Assembly (NCBI GenBank): GCA_040901675.1
Contig: JBBDYJ010000020.1
Span: 90,801 to 154,800 of the forward strand
Length of the DNA: 64,000 nucleotides
Direction: 5' to 3'
From: Pirellulales bacterium
GTDB taxonomy: Bacteria > Planctomycetota > Planctomycetia > Pirellulales > JAICIG01
Below, in pieces: positions 21,749-31,393 of the stretch (position 1 is its first letter; each line of letters begins with the position of its first letter). Position numbers and translations under genes: made by a program. Below the pieces are notes generated by a model that had not been told where the DNA came from, did no database searches, and was given only the letters and a program-made list of their open reading frames with translations.

Positions 21749-23047
21749 TCACGAGGAAGTTCGAACCCTGGCGTTTTCGGTGATATCGGCCGGTGGCTCG
21801 ACGATCAGCACGTCGCCTCCCGACAGCGTCGGCCCGCCGCTGCCCGGCTCGACCTGGATGAGTCCGTCCTTCTCCTTGCCGAGAACTTGGACGGCAACCG
21901 CCCGGGCACGTTCGTTCTCGACGCGCCACACGAGCTGCTTGCCCTGGTGGGTAACCACGGCGCCGGCCGGGACAAAGATAGCCGGCCGCGCGTCGCCCGC
22001 CGACTTGCCGTCGGCTTCCGGAAGAAAGTGAACCGTGGCGCTCAGCTCGGGAAACAGCCGCTCGTCGGGATCCAGCACCTGCACCTTCACCTGGACCACG
22101 CCGCGGCTGCGGTCGCCCATGGGGATGATCTGCCGCACCCTGCCGCGGTAGCGACGGCCCGGGACCGCATCGACCACCACGTCGGCCGGCTGCCCGGCCC
22201 GGACTTGCCCCAGAAAATCCTCCTTGACATCCGTGCCCACTTCCAAGGCCGACAGGTCGGCCAGCGTGACGACGCTGCCGCGGCCGGAAGCCAGCCCCAT
22301 GCCGCCCGGCATGATCGTCTCGCCTAGCTCGGCGTCCTTGCTGATGATCGTGCCGGCGAATGGCGCATAGATGTGCATGTTGCGGATCGCCTCTTCGCCT
22401 TCGCGCACGAAGGCCTCGGCTGCCTGCACGGAGGCGCCCAGCGAATCCACCCTGGCTTTGGCAGCCTCGAAGGCCGTCTGCGCTTCCTCGAGTTCCGCCT
22501 CGGTACCGGCGCCCTTGCCGCGGAGAGCCTGCTGCCGCCCATAGTCGCGCTCGCGCTGGGCCAGCGTATTCTGGGCTTCGGCCAGGTCGGCCTGCGCACG
22601 AAGAATCTCGACTTTTCGGGAAGCCAGTGCCGCCTTGAGATCGTCGTGCTCCAGCACGGCCAGCAAGGCGCCTTGCTCGACGCGATCTCCTTCTTCAGCC
22701 AGCAAGCTGGCCACGCGGCCGGGCGCCTTGGCCCCGACGGCCGCCTGCTGGCGCGACTCGAGATACCCCGTGGCAGTCAATACGGCATTGGCCTGACCGA
22801 CCGTCATGACCTGAACGGCGGCCGTCTTCACGGCCAGGGCCGGCTCGAAGCGATCGCCCAGCACCGTATAGAAGGCCCAAGCACCGCCGGCGAGCGCCGC
22901 CAGCACGATGCAGCCCAGCACGACGAAAAACAGGCGTGAGGGTCCGCCGCGGCGCGAGCGGTCGATGCGCAGCGATGCAAGGTCGTCGCCCAGGGCGGCG
23001 GCTGCGGGCGGGCGATGCTCGATGCGGGGATTGCTGGAGACGACCAT
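21749..23047 (-). CDS. Efflux periplasmic adaptor (MacA/HlyD family)
   Basis: TM anchor, LTATGYLE, coiled coil, IYAPFAGTI; start codon uncertain. Confidence 0.9.
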   Translation of the reverse strand: MVVSSNPRIEHRPPAAAALGDDLASLRIDRSRRGGPSRLFFVVLGCIVLAALAGGAWAFYTVLGDRFEPALAVKTAAVQVMTVGQANAVLTATGYLESRQQAAVGAKAPGRVASLLAEEGDRVEQGALLAVLEHDDLKAALASRKVEILRAQADLAEAQNTLAQRERDYGRQQALRGKGAGTEAELEEAQTAFEAAKARVDSLGASVQAAEAFVREGEEAIRNMHIYAPFAGTIISKDAELGETIMPGGMGLASGRGSVVTLADLSALEVGTDVKEDFLGQVRAGQPADVVVDAVPGRRYRGRVRQIIPMGDRSRGVVQVKVQVLDPDERLFPELSATVHFLPEADGKSAGDARPAIFVPAGAVVTHQGKQLVWRVENERARAVAVQVLGKEKDGLIQVEPGSGGPTLSGGDVLIVEPPADITENARVRTSS

Positions 23048-23287
23048 CAAGGGCAGGCCGAGCGAATGGATGACAGTCGGGCCCATTATAGCAGGCGAGC
23101 GGGGAGGGGGAAGGATGAAAGCCGAAGGAGGACTATGAAGGACCAAGAGCGAGGCACGCCTAAGACTTTGACCCAGCCGCACGAGGCCAGGCGGACCGCA
23201 TAAAATGCGGGTCACGAACCTACTGTTGGCATTCGCCGGATTGGCTCAGATCTTGCCTGTTCCCGTAGGGGCGGCTAGGTTGTTTCG

Positions 23288-24283
23288 ATGCCAAAACCCT
23301 ATAAAGTCGTGATCACCGATTTCCTTGCGCCGCCTCTGACGTGCGAGGAGCGCATCCTGGGCGATATCGCCCGCGTCGAAGCACTCGGCGCGCTTGACGA
23401 AAGCGACCTGGAGGGTCGTATCGAAGATGCCGACTGCCTGATGCTCTACCACAACCTCCGCTTCTCGGCCCGCTCGATCGAACGCCTCGGCAACTGCAAG
23501 CTGATTGTGCGCTGCGGCGTGGGCTACGACAACATCGACTGGCGGGCGGCCCGCGCCCGGGGTATCCCGGTGGCCAATGTACCGGACTACGGAACCGAGG
23601 AAGTCGCCGACTCGGCCATCGGGCTTGCGCTGGCGCTGACGCGCGGCATCTCGTTTTTGAACTCGCGGCTGCGCGATTCCGACCAGCCGTGGACCCACGA
23701 GCTGGCGGCGCCGCTGCCCCGCCTGCGTGGCCGGGTATTCGGCATCGTGGGGCTGGGACGCATCGGCACGGCCGCCGCTCTGCGAGCCAAGGCCCTCGGG
23801 ATGGACGTGCGCTACTACGACCCCTACGCGCCCGACGGACGCGACAAGTCGCTGGGAGTGCGGCGGGAGGAAACTCTGGAAGACCTGCTGGCCTCCGTCT
23901 ACGTGCTGAGCCTGCACTGCCCGCTGACCGACGAGACGCGGCGGATGATCGACGCGGCCGCCCTGGAGCAAATGACCCCCGGCTCCTACCTGGTCAATAC
24001 GGCCCGGGGAGGCGTGGTCGATACCAGCGCCGTTCCCGCGGCGATCGCCTCCGGGCGGCTGGCGGGGGCGGGCATTGACGTGCTGCCCGTCGAACCGCCG
24101 GCGGAGGGGGACCCGCTGGTGGCCGCCTGGCGCGACCCAGGCCACCCGGCCTACCACCGGCTGATCATCAACCCGCACGCGGCCTTCTACAGCGAGGAAG
24201 GCATCGTGGACATGCGGAGCAAGGGCTCCGAGGCCTGCCGGCGGGCATTGCTGGGCCTGCCGCTGCGCAACGTGGTGAACTAA
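23288..24283 (+). CDS. D-2-hydroxyacid dehydrogenase (CtBP-like)
   Basis: RCGVGYDNID, NVPDYGTEEVAD, GLGRIG, NTARG, PHAAFYSEE. Confidence 0.93.
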   Translation: MPKPYKVVITDFLAPPLTCEERILGDIARVEALGALDESDLEGRIEDADCLMLYHNLRFSARSIERLGNCKLIVRCGVGYDNIDWRAARARGIPVANVPDYGTEEVADSAIGLALALTRGISFLNSRLRDSDQPWTHELAAPLPRLRGRVFGIVGLGRIGTAAALRAKALGMDVRYYDPYAPDGRDKSLGVRREETLEDLLASVYVLSLHCPLTDETRRMIDAAALEQMTPGSYLVNTARGGVVDTSAVPAAIASGRLAGAGIDVLPVEPPAEGDPLVAAWRDPGHPAYHRLIINPHAAFYSEEGIVDMRSKGSEACRRALLGLPLRNVVN

Positions 24284-24415
24284 AAACAGTTGTTGTGCCG
24301 GCCGCGTAGTTCCATTCCCCGGCCGTACTGCCGGCGACGGCACCAGTGCGTAGGCAGGACCGCGGCACGGGTTTTAGCCAAGGCGTCGATGCAGCGCCGG
24401 CCCGGCTGGCGGTCA

Positions 24416-26353
24416 TCAGGTGTGGTACTCCGCACTGGTCAGAATAGCGAGCTGCACCTGCTCCCAAGTACTCCCGCCGGCCAGCAGGGCCTGCCAGAAC
24501 GCGCCGCCAGCGGCGTCCGCGTCGCGGTCGAGGAAATTCTGGTACCAGCCGGTAAAGGCGTGCACGTCGGCCGGATCGTTGACGACCAGCCCCAGGAACT
24601 CGGCGCTGGCGGTGAAGCCCAAGGCCACGTCCAAAGGCGTTGCCCCGGCAGCCAGGTGGGCGTTCCAGAAGGCCAGCTCGTCGGCGCTGGCGTCGGGCCG
24701 GCCGAGTAGGTTGTCGTACAGGCTGTGCACAAAGTTGTCGCCGGATGCCTGCACGCGGTCGGCATACTCGGCGGAGGCCAACACCTGGGCGATGAACTGC
24801 GCCTCAGTCATCTCTCCCGACAGCCGGTCGCTCCAGAAATTCAGGCCGCCCTCCTCAACCGCGCGTCCCAGCAGGCTGTCGTAGACGTCGTTGATCAGGC
24901 TCCGCAGGTACTCGGGCGAACCCAGGAACTGGTCGATCACCTCCGCCCGAGTCTTACCCGACTGCACCTGGGTCAGCCAGTCGCCCACCTCCGGGCCCCC
25001 GCCCCGCCGCCCCAGCAAGTCGGTGTAAGCGCGGGTAATCCAGCGCGAGTCCTGGTTCGGATCCGGCAGCAGAAAGTTATCGGCCACGAACTCGCCCAGC
25101 GCCGTGCCCGAAGACAGTCCGTCGAAGTTGTCGAAGCTCCAGTGGATGCCCCCGTACAGCCGGCTCAGCGCGCTCTCCAGCGCAGCCTCGGAAAAGCTGT
25201 TGAACGTGCGGTCCCCGACGGCGGGGTCTTCCGAGGGCAGGGTTAAAGTGATGTCGTCCGTGCCGAAAAAGGCCGCCAGCACGCCGGCCGCCGCCCCGCT
25301 GAACGAGCTGTGCCCAGACGTGTACGTGGGGAAGGGTGGCGTGACGATGAACGACGACCAGGTCGGGTCGGCCACGGTGTCCGGATTGCCGTCCGTCTCG
25401 GCGTTGCGGATCCCCGTCACCGGGCGCCAAAAGTTCGTGGCATACTTGGCGTCCCACGAGGCAATGGCGGCGTCGGCCTGAGCGAGGTTCAAAAGTGCAA
25501 ACAGGCGGGCATTCTCCGACAGCGTGTTGCCGTGGATCATGGCGGCCTGCTGCGCCATCACGTTGAGATGGCCCGGCGGCGTCGAGGTGCCTACTCCGTT
25601 GGCCCAGAAGAGGGCGATGTCCGACTGATCCTGGGTGCGCGTCGCGCTGTCGACGCTGCCAAGCTCCTTTACTTCATTGAAGGCGTCGGTGTATTCCTGG
25701 CTCGTCAACTGCGGAATCCCATCCGGCCGGAACTGATCGGGCCTGTTCATGGACCAGGTGTCGACCCCTGGCCATTGGGGCAGCAGTGCAGGTGCGAATC
25801 CGGGCGGCGTAGGCACCCAGTCGCCGGGATCACTGCCGGGCGTGGACGCAACCACGTCGGTCGAGCCGTCCGTGCTGCGGATGGCCAGGATCTGGTCGGC
25901 GACGAACTGGCCCAGCGCCACGCCCGCATCCTCGGACGCTCCGTCCGGGACGGTGGCAAGCGAGTTCGTGAGTTCCGCGTCGAACGTCGCCTGTTGGGCT
26001 GGGAAGAAGGCCGACAACGTGCGGTGTGCCGCCGCGGCCGCGGCCGCTTCGCGCGAGGTCGAGGGATCGGCCTGGGCGTCGACCAGGTAAATGCTGTGCG
26101 TACGGTCGATGGCGTTGACGGCGTCGTAAATGGCCGCATGGACGCAGGCCATGATGCGCGCCGAACGCGGCGGCGCGGTGCGGTCGACGCGAACCGCATC
26201 CAACAGGATGTTGTTCCAGTCGAGCACCATGTCGCCGGCCAGCAGCACGCGTTGTTCGAGCGATTCCAAGCCAGGCCGCCGCGCGCGGCGGGGCGTTTGC
26301 TTCTTGGAACGGCTCGGTGCGGACGAGGGTGCGGTGAATCGGAACCATGTCAT
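24416..26353 (-). CDS. Secreted PAP2/vanadium haloperoxidase-like protein with C-terminal DUF4214-like repeats
   Basis: LESLEQRVLLA leader; KY...WRP, PPFPTYTSGHS, SRLYGGIHW; LLGR...SAEY repeats. Confidence 0.85.
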   Translation of the reverse strand: MTWFRFTAPSSAPSRSKKQTPRRARRPGLESLEQRVLLAGDMVLDWNNILLDAVRVDRTAPPRSARIMACVHAAIYDAVNAIDRTHSIYLVDAQADPSTSREAAAAAAAHRTLSAFFPAQQATFDAELTNSLATVPDGASEDAGVALGQFVADQILAIRSTDGSTDVVASTPGSDPGDWVPTPPGFAPALLPQWPGVDTWSMNRPDQFRPDGIPQLTSQEYTDAFNEVKELGSVDSATRTQDQSDIALFWANGVGTSTPPGHLNVMAQQAAMIHGNTLSENARLFALLNLAQADAAIASWDAKYATNFWRPVTGIRNAETDGNPDTVADPTWSSFIVTPPFPTYTSGHSSFSGAAAGVLAAFFGTDDITLTLPSEDPAVGDRTFNSFSEAALESALSRLYGGIHWSFDNFDGLSSGTALGEFVADNFLLPDPNQDSRWITRAYTDLLGRRGGGPEVGDWLTQVQSGKTRAEVIDQFLGSPEYLRSLINDVYDSLLGRAVEEGGLNFWSDRLSGEMTEAQFIAQVLASAEYADRVQASGDNFVHSLYDNLLGRPDASADELAFWNAHLAAGATPLDVALGFTASAEFLGLVVNDPADVHAFTGWYQNFLDRDADAAGGAFWQALLAGGSTWEQVQLAILTSAEYHT

Positions 26354-27052
26354 GATGTAAAACTCCCGGATGTAAGTGTTTGGGCAGTCGTGGCAGCCGC
26401 AAAGGGGATGGCTTGCATCAAGCAGTGCGCAGCGCACCGACCCTCCAGGGCGTTCCCCGATGGGCGCTACCGGTGGAAAACTGCCGGCACAGGGCAATCC
26501 AACCGTCGGGTGGCGTCACGTTGTCGCCGAGCGATACTTCAGGCAGCAGGTCGCCAGCGGATGTAACAAGCGCCGCCGGGCGCAGCCGGAACAAGTCGAC
26601 AAGCGCACATGCGCCCCGCGTCGGGGTCGCGCACTACTATGCCTGCCGCGGAGGGCGAAAGATGCCCGAGGAAGTGAACAGCGGAATCACCTCAAATCTT
26701 AGAATCACCAACCGAATTTCCCGAACGAACAATCGTCAATAACCGCAATTACAGAATAATGGCGCGAGTTTAATCCCGCCCTCCAGCGAATGCAAGAAAA
26801 ATGCGCGAAAACCCGTGGCACGGCAGATGGGACGCGAGCCCGGAACGGCTGCGATTGGGCCGATTTAACCCGGGATCTGGGTCTTCCACAGCCGCGACTA
26901 CCAGCAGGCGTCGGGCATGTAGGCTCGGCCGGCCGGGGTTGAAATGGCCGCCGGGAGCAATCAGACTTGGTCCAGCCGGTCGATTGCACCTGAAGGGCTT
27001 TGCACGAGGCAGAGCAGCCGCACCAAGCGCCGCAATGCGGCAGCGACTGCCG

Positions 27053-28072
27053 ATGAACCTTCCAGCTCGCCTGTTTGCCCTGGCCGCCGAGACGGCAGTC
27101 TACGGCCCGTCGTACGGGCTTTTGAGTTACCTGATCCGTTCGCCCGCGCCCTTGGATCCGGAGCGGACCTGGGGACAGGTGACGCAAGCCAGAAACGCCC
27201 TGGTGGACTGGGCACGCCGCAGCTATCCTCCCTGGTTTTTGCGGCGGTTGCTGCTGGCCGCCAAGATGCGGCAAGACCACGCGTTGGGGATATCGTCGCA
27301 CTACGACGTGAGCAACGAGTTCTACGAGTTGTTTCTCGACAAGCGCTACATGTTCTATTCGTGCGCCGATTTTATTACGGGCCGCGAGACCCTGGAGGAA
27401 GCGCAGCAGAACAAGGCCGACTTCATTCTGAAGCTGATCGATCCCAAGCCCGGCCAGGAGATTCTGGAGCTGGGGTGCGGCTGGGGCGCGATGCTCAAGC
27501 GGATCCACGAGGCCACCGGCGACAAGCAGCGTCTGCACGGCTGCACGCTGTCGCGGGAGCAGGTCGCCTACAACCACGAGCGGTACTGCTTCGACGTCGA
27601 GTACAAGAACTTCATCACCGCCGTCTATCCCGAGCAGGCCTACGACAAGATCTACTCGATCGGTGCCTGGGAGCACGTGCGGCCCAGTGAAGTGCCGGTG
27701 CTGTTGGGCAAGCTGCACGCGGCCTTGAAGCCCGGCGGCCGGCTGGTGCAGCATTTTTTTTGCCGGTTGCAGGAGCGGCTGCCGGCGGCGGCGGTGGTGA
27801 GCCAGATATTCTTTCCCGGCTCGATCAACTCGTCGTTGCGTTACCATTTGCGGGCCTGCGAGCGGGCCGGCTTTCGGATCGCGCACTCGTCGATTCACGA
27901 TTACCGGCCCACGCTGCGTTGCTGGTTCGAGAACCTGGCCCGCCAGCGCGAGCGGGCCATCGAGCTGGTGGGCGTGCCGACGTACAACCGCTACCTGGTG
28001 TTCTTTCCCGCCTCCTGGCAGTACTTCGACGACATGACCGGCGTCGTCGTGCGGCTGGTGCTGGAGAAGTGA
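27053..28072 (+). CDS. Cyclopropane-fatty-acyl-phospholipid synthase-like methyltransferase
   Basis: ISSHYDVSNEFYELFLD..YSCA, LELGCGWG, TLSREQ, SIGAWEH, IFFPG. Confidence 0.88.
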   Translation: MNLPARLFALAAETAVYGPSYGLLSYLIRSPAPLDPERTWGQVTQARNALVDWARRSYPPWFLRRLLLAAKMRQDHALGISSHYDVSNEFYELFLDKRYMFYSCADFITGRETLEEAQQNKADFILKLIDPKPGQEILELGCGWGAMLKRIHEATGDKQRLHGCTLSREQVAYNHERYCFDVEYKNFITAVYPEQAYDKIYSIGAWEHVRPSEVPVLLGKLHAALKPGGRLVQHFFCRLQERLPAAAVVSQIFFPGSINSSLRYHLRACERAGFRIAHSSIHDYRPTLRCWFENLARQRERAIELVGVPTYNRYLVFFPASWQYFDDMTGVVVRLVLEK

Positions 28073-28143
28073 AGGCAGAAGGCAGAAGGCAGAAGGAGGA
28101 AGGCAGAAGGAGGAAGGTGGAAGGAGGAAGGTGGAAGGCGGAA
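28071..28143 (+). repeat. Purine-rich heptamer tandem repeat (GAAGGCA/GAAGGAG/GAAGGTG)
   Basis: About 10 units directly after the stop codon; a shorter tract is at ~13992-14023. Confidence 0.85.
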
Positions 28144-28541
28144 TGAAATTCCGTTCCGCGGTCGCCTGTTTTTTGGGCAAGAATTGCCTCGCGAAGCGGC
28201 CGAGAAACGGGCTTTCGGCGGGTTTTCCGCGACCGGAAGGCCAAAAGTGTCAAGCGGGATGGCCTTTGTGCTCGATAAGGCCAGATGGTGAGCTTGCATG
28301 GCACGAGAGTTGCCACTGGTCGGGCGGAACAGTCAGCTCGGGCGGGAAAGACGCGTGGTTGACTGGAAGACTACTGGGATTGACCAGAACTCTCGAATCG
28401 GATAACGACTTGGCGTTTCGTTGCGGCGCGCTCAGGGACTGAGCGCCCGCGGGTGATTCGACCTACCGCATTTGAAGCCGACATCCAGAGCTGGTCGCCG
28501 CCCCGCCGCGTCGTCAAACCGACCGGGCATGGAGGCTACCG

Positions 28542-30035
28542 ATGTCGAGCCAAGCGTCGTTCTGCCAAGCCGCCGCGGCGCGGCGTAAACTCTCCGTCAG
28601 CCAGGCGGCCTGGTTAGCCACCGGACTCGCCAGCTTCTTGGCGGCGGCCGGGGCCTGCTGGGACCATGGCCGGTCCGAGCCGTCGCTCTATCGCTCCGCC
28701 GCCGGAATGCTGCTGTTGGCCATGGCCGGCTGGCAATGGGGGCTCGCCCGCAAGGCTGGCGGGGCAAGCAGCCGCCACGGCGCCGCACGGACGCTGGCAG
28801 TCCAGAACAAGAATGCAGGCTGGAAGCCTACGCTACAGGGAGTGATGTGCGCGCTGGCCGTCTCGTATGGAATCTGTCTGGGGGTCGGAAACCAGCCGGG
28901 CGTACAGTGGATGTTCCTGGCCTGCCTGTCGTTCTGTTTCACGGCGGTGCTGGTCCTTTCGTCGCGAGGCCGGGCCCGCGGACCCAACGCCCGACGGGGC
29001 TCGGGGCGGCCCATCGAGCTGGTCGGAAACGGCGCTTGTTGGCTGGCAGCCGGCCTCATTCTTTGCGAGGCGGGGCTGCGATTGGCGGAGTCGCTGAGCG
29101 GGCAGCGTTGGGCGGCGGGCCAGGAAACTGGCTGGAGGGTCCAGGGAGGCGACCAGAGCAAGCGCAGAGCGACTGGCAATCATCGGGCCGGGCAATTCCG
29201 TGTGGCCGTGCTGGGAGACGCCCGGACGTTGACGAACAACGAGGGAACGAGTTGCCTGGGGCGGCTCGAGGAGGGGTTTCCGGGCGTCGAGGTGTGCGCG
29301 TTCGCAAGCGGCAATCCGGGTGAACATGCCGCGGTCGTGGCCGAACAGGTGGAGCGTTTTCAACCCGACGTCGTACTCACGTGCTTGTGGCTGGGCGACG
29401 ACGTGCTGGAAAGGCTTTCGAAGACGGGGCCATTCGACTGGCGCGGTTTGCGCGTGGCCCGGCTGGCGGCGGCCTGGCTCGGCAGCGGCCCAGCGGCGAG
29501 CGATCAAGACATGATCCGGGCGGACGACTACGAGGCGTTTCTGCGGTCGATCTCGGGACAGTTGACCGTTTGCCGCACGCCGATCGCGGGCGACGACGAG
29601 CGGCGCTGGCGGCAAGCACTGGGAAACCTGTCGGAGCTGGTCGATCAGTGCCGCCGGCGCGAGCTGCCGGTGGCGCTGGTGCTGGTGCCCAGCCAACTCC
29701 AGGTGAACCCATTGATCTGCGAGGCGCTGCGCCGACGGGCCGGGTACGAGTCGTCGCAGCTCGACCTGGAATTGCCGCAGCGGCGGCTGTCACGCTTTGC
29801 CGACGAGCACCAGGTGCCGATGCTCGATCTGTTGCCCCATTTCCGGGCTTCGCGTGAAGAGGTCTTCCGCCGTAACCAAGGCGCGCTCAGCCAGCGGGGA
29901 CACGACCTGGCCGGCGAGCTGATCGGCGGCTGGCTGCGGCAGCGCTATGCCGCGGGAGCAGGAACGCGGCAACGGGCCAGCGGGGAAAGGGCGGAGACCA
30001 AAACGGCCACCGCCGTTGTGATGGCAGAGGGCTGA
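28542..30035 (+). CDS. Membrane-anchored SGNH/AlgX-like protein, catalytic motifs degenerate
   Basis: N-terminal TM helices; RVAVLGDA, QPDVVL, VPMLDLLPHF. Confidence 0.65.
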   Translation: MSSQASFCQAAAARRKLSVSQAAWLATGLASFLAAAGACWDHGRSEPSLYRSAAGMLLLAMAGWQWGLARKAGGASSRHGAARTLAVQNKNAGWKPTLQGVMCALAVSYGICLGVGNQPGVQWMFLACLSFCFTAVLVLSSRGRARGPNARRGSGRPIELVGNGACWLAAGLILCEAGLRLAESLSGQRWAAGQETGWRVQGGDQSKRRATGNHRAGQFRVAVLGDARTLTNNEGTSCLGRLEEGFPGVEVCAFASGNPGEHAAVVAEQVERFQPDVVLTCLWLGDDVLERLSKTGPFDWRGLRVARLAAAWLGSGPAASDQDMIRADDYEAFLRSISGQLTVCRTPIAGDDERRWRQALGNLSELVDQCRRRELPVALVLVPSQLQVNPLICEALRRRAGYESSQLDLELPQRRLSRFADEHQVPMLDLLPHFRASREEVFRRNQGALSQRGHDLAGELIGGWLRQRYAAGAGTRQRASGERAETKTATAVVMAEG

Positions 30036-30076
30036 TGGCGGAGGGCTGATGGCTGGTGACTCCCCGGTCAGCCCTC

Positions 30077-31390
30077 TCAATCGGGCAGCACCGAGGGGTT
30101 GGTCCTGATCGGACGGACGCGGACGTCGTCGAACCAGGCCTGGCCGGTCGCGCCGAACAAACCGATCCCCAACACGGCCAGGCGGGCCTCGCGCGGCACA
30201 TTGAAACGGGCCTGCTCGTGTGTCCATTCCAGGTCGCCGGACCAAGGGCCTAGCTCGTGCAGCCCGACCGCAGCGCGGTTCTCGTCGTAAAAGTGGACGA
30301 TCACGCGGGCCAACTGGTCGGGCGTCTGGCCCGCCTCGACGCCCTCGACCCGCACCCAAAGTGAAACTTCCAACCGCGGCACGCGCCGGCCATCGATGCC
30401 AAAGGCTTGCAAGGCCCGGGCGGCCCGGCCGGGCAGGCGGTTTTCCATGGTCAGACAGTGCTCGCCTTGAGGCGCGTCGGGCTCGGGGCGGACGGCCGCT
30501 TGCCGCACGTAATACCAGCCGGGCGGTTGGTCGCTGCGCGGCAGAGTTTGCTCGAAGCCGCCGTTGACCAGCGCGGGCCTGAGCGGGTCGGGCTTGACCA
30601 GCCGCTCCCGCTCGGCCGCTCCCGTCATCGGCACGAACATCGTCGGCTCCAGCGCCTCGGCTTCCAGCTTGCCGCCCCGCTTGGTGTACCGGTACAGCGT
30701 CTGCTGGTAGCGCTCGCCGACCGGGATCACCAGGCGGCCCTGCTCGCTGAGCTGCTCGACCAGCGGCTGCGGCACTTTCTCGGGCGAACAGGTGACGATG
30801 ATCTTGTCGAACGGCGCCTGCTCGGCCCAACCGAGAAAGCCGTCGCCCACGCGGACGTGGACATTCTTGTATCCCAGCCGGCCCAGCGTCGCTTCCGCCC
30901 GGCGCGCCAGCGGCTCGACAATCTCGATCGTGTAGACTTCGGCAACCAGGCCGGAGAGGACGGCGGCCTGGTACCCGCTGCCGGTGCCGATCTCGAGCAC
31001 GCGGTCGCCGGGGCGCGGCTCGAGCTGCTCGGTCATGTAGGCCACGACGAACGGCGGCGAGATGGTTTGACCTTCGCCGATCGGCAGCGCCATGTCGTAA
31101 TAGGCATTGGCCTGCTGGTCGGCCGGGACGAAGAGGTGCCTGGGCGTGGCGAGCATGGCCGCCAGCACCCGCGGATCCTTGATGCCGGCGGCCGCGACGT
31201 CGTCGTCGACCATCTGCCGGCGGGCCGCCGCCCAGGACTCGCCGGACTGCGCGCCGGCGGTCGCCGGCAGCCAGCCGGCGCAGGCCGCCATCGCCAGCAG
31301 CACGGCCGCCGCGCCGCGCGCCAGGCGGCCGGCGGCGCGTGCGCGGTCACGCCCTGTTTCGGATGTCAGTGGCTCGGCTCGGCTGGTCAC
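30077..31390 (-). CDS. pcm: Protein-L-isoaspartate O-methyltransferase with signal-like N-terminus and extra C-terminal domain
   Basis: LPIGEGQTISPP, VLEIGTGSGYQAA, APFDKIIVT, FVPMTG, then an NGGFE-starting ~165-aa domain. Confidence 0.9.
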   Translation of the reverse strand: MTSRAEPLTSETGRDRARAAGRLARGAAAVLLAMAACAGWLPATAGAQSGESWAAARRQMVDDDVAAAGIKDPRVLAAMLATPRHLFVPADQQANAYYDMALPIGEGQTISPPFVVAYMTEQLEPRPGDRVLEIGTGSGYQAAVLSGLVAEVYTIEIVEPLARRAEATLGRLGYKNVHVRVGDGFLGWAEQAPFDKIIVTCSPEKVPQPLVEQLSEQGRLVIPVGERYQQTLYRYTKRGGKLEAEALEPTMFVPMTGAAERERLVKPDPLRPALVNGGFEQTLPRSDQPPGWYYVRQAAVRPEPDAPQGEHCLTMENRLPGRAARALQAFGIDGRRVPRLEVSLWVRVEGVEAGQTPDQLARVIVHFYDENRAAVGLHELGPWSGDLEWTHEQARFNVPREARLAVLGIGLFGATGQAWFDDVRVRPIRTNPSVLPD

Positions 31391-31393
31391 GCT

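Noticed and set aside
28071..28143. Possible CRISPR array
   Set aside because: 7-bp tandem units without spacers; no cas genes seen anywhere in the window.
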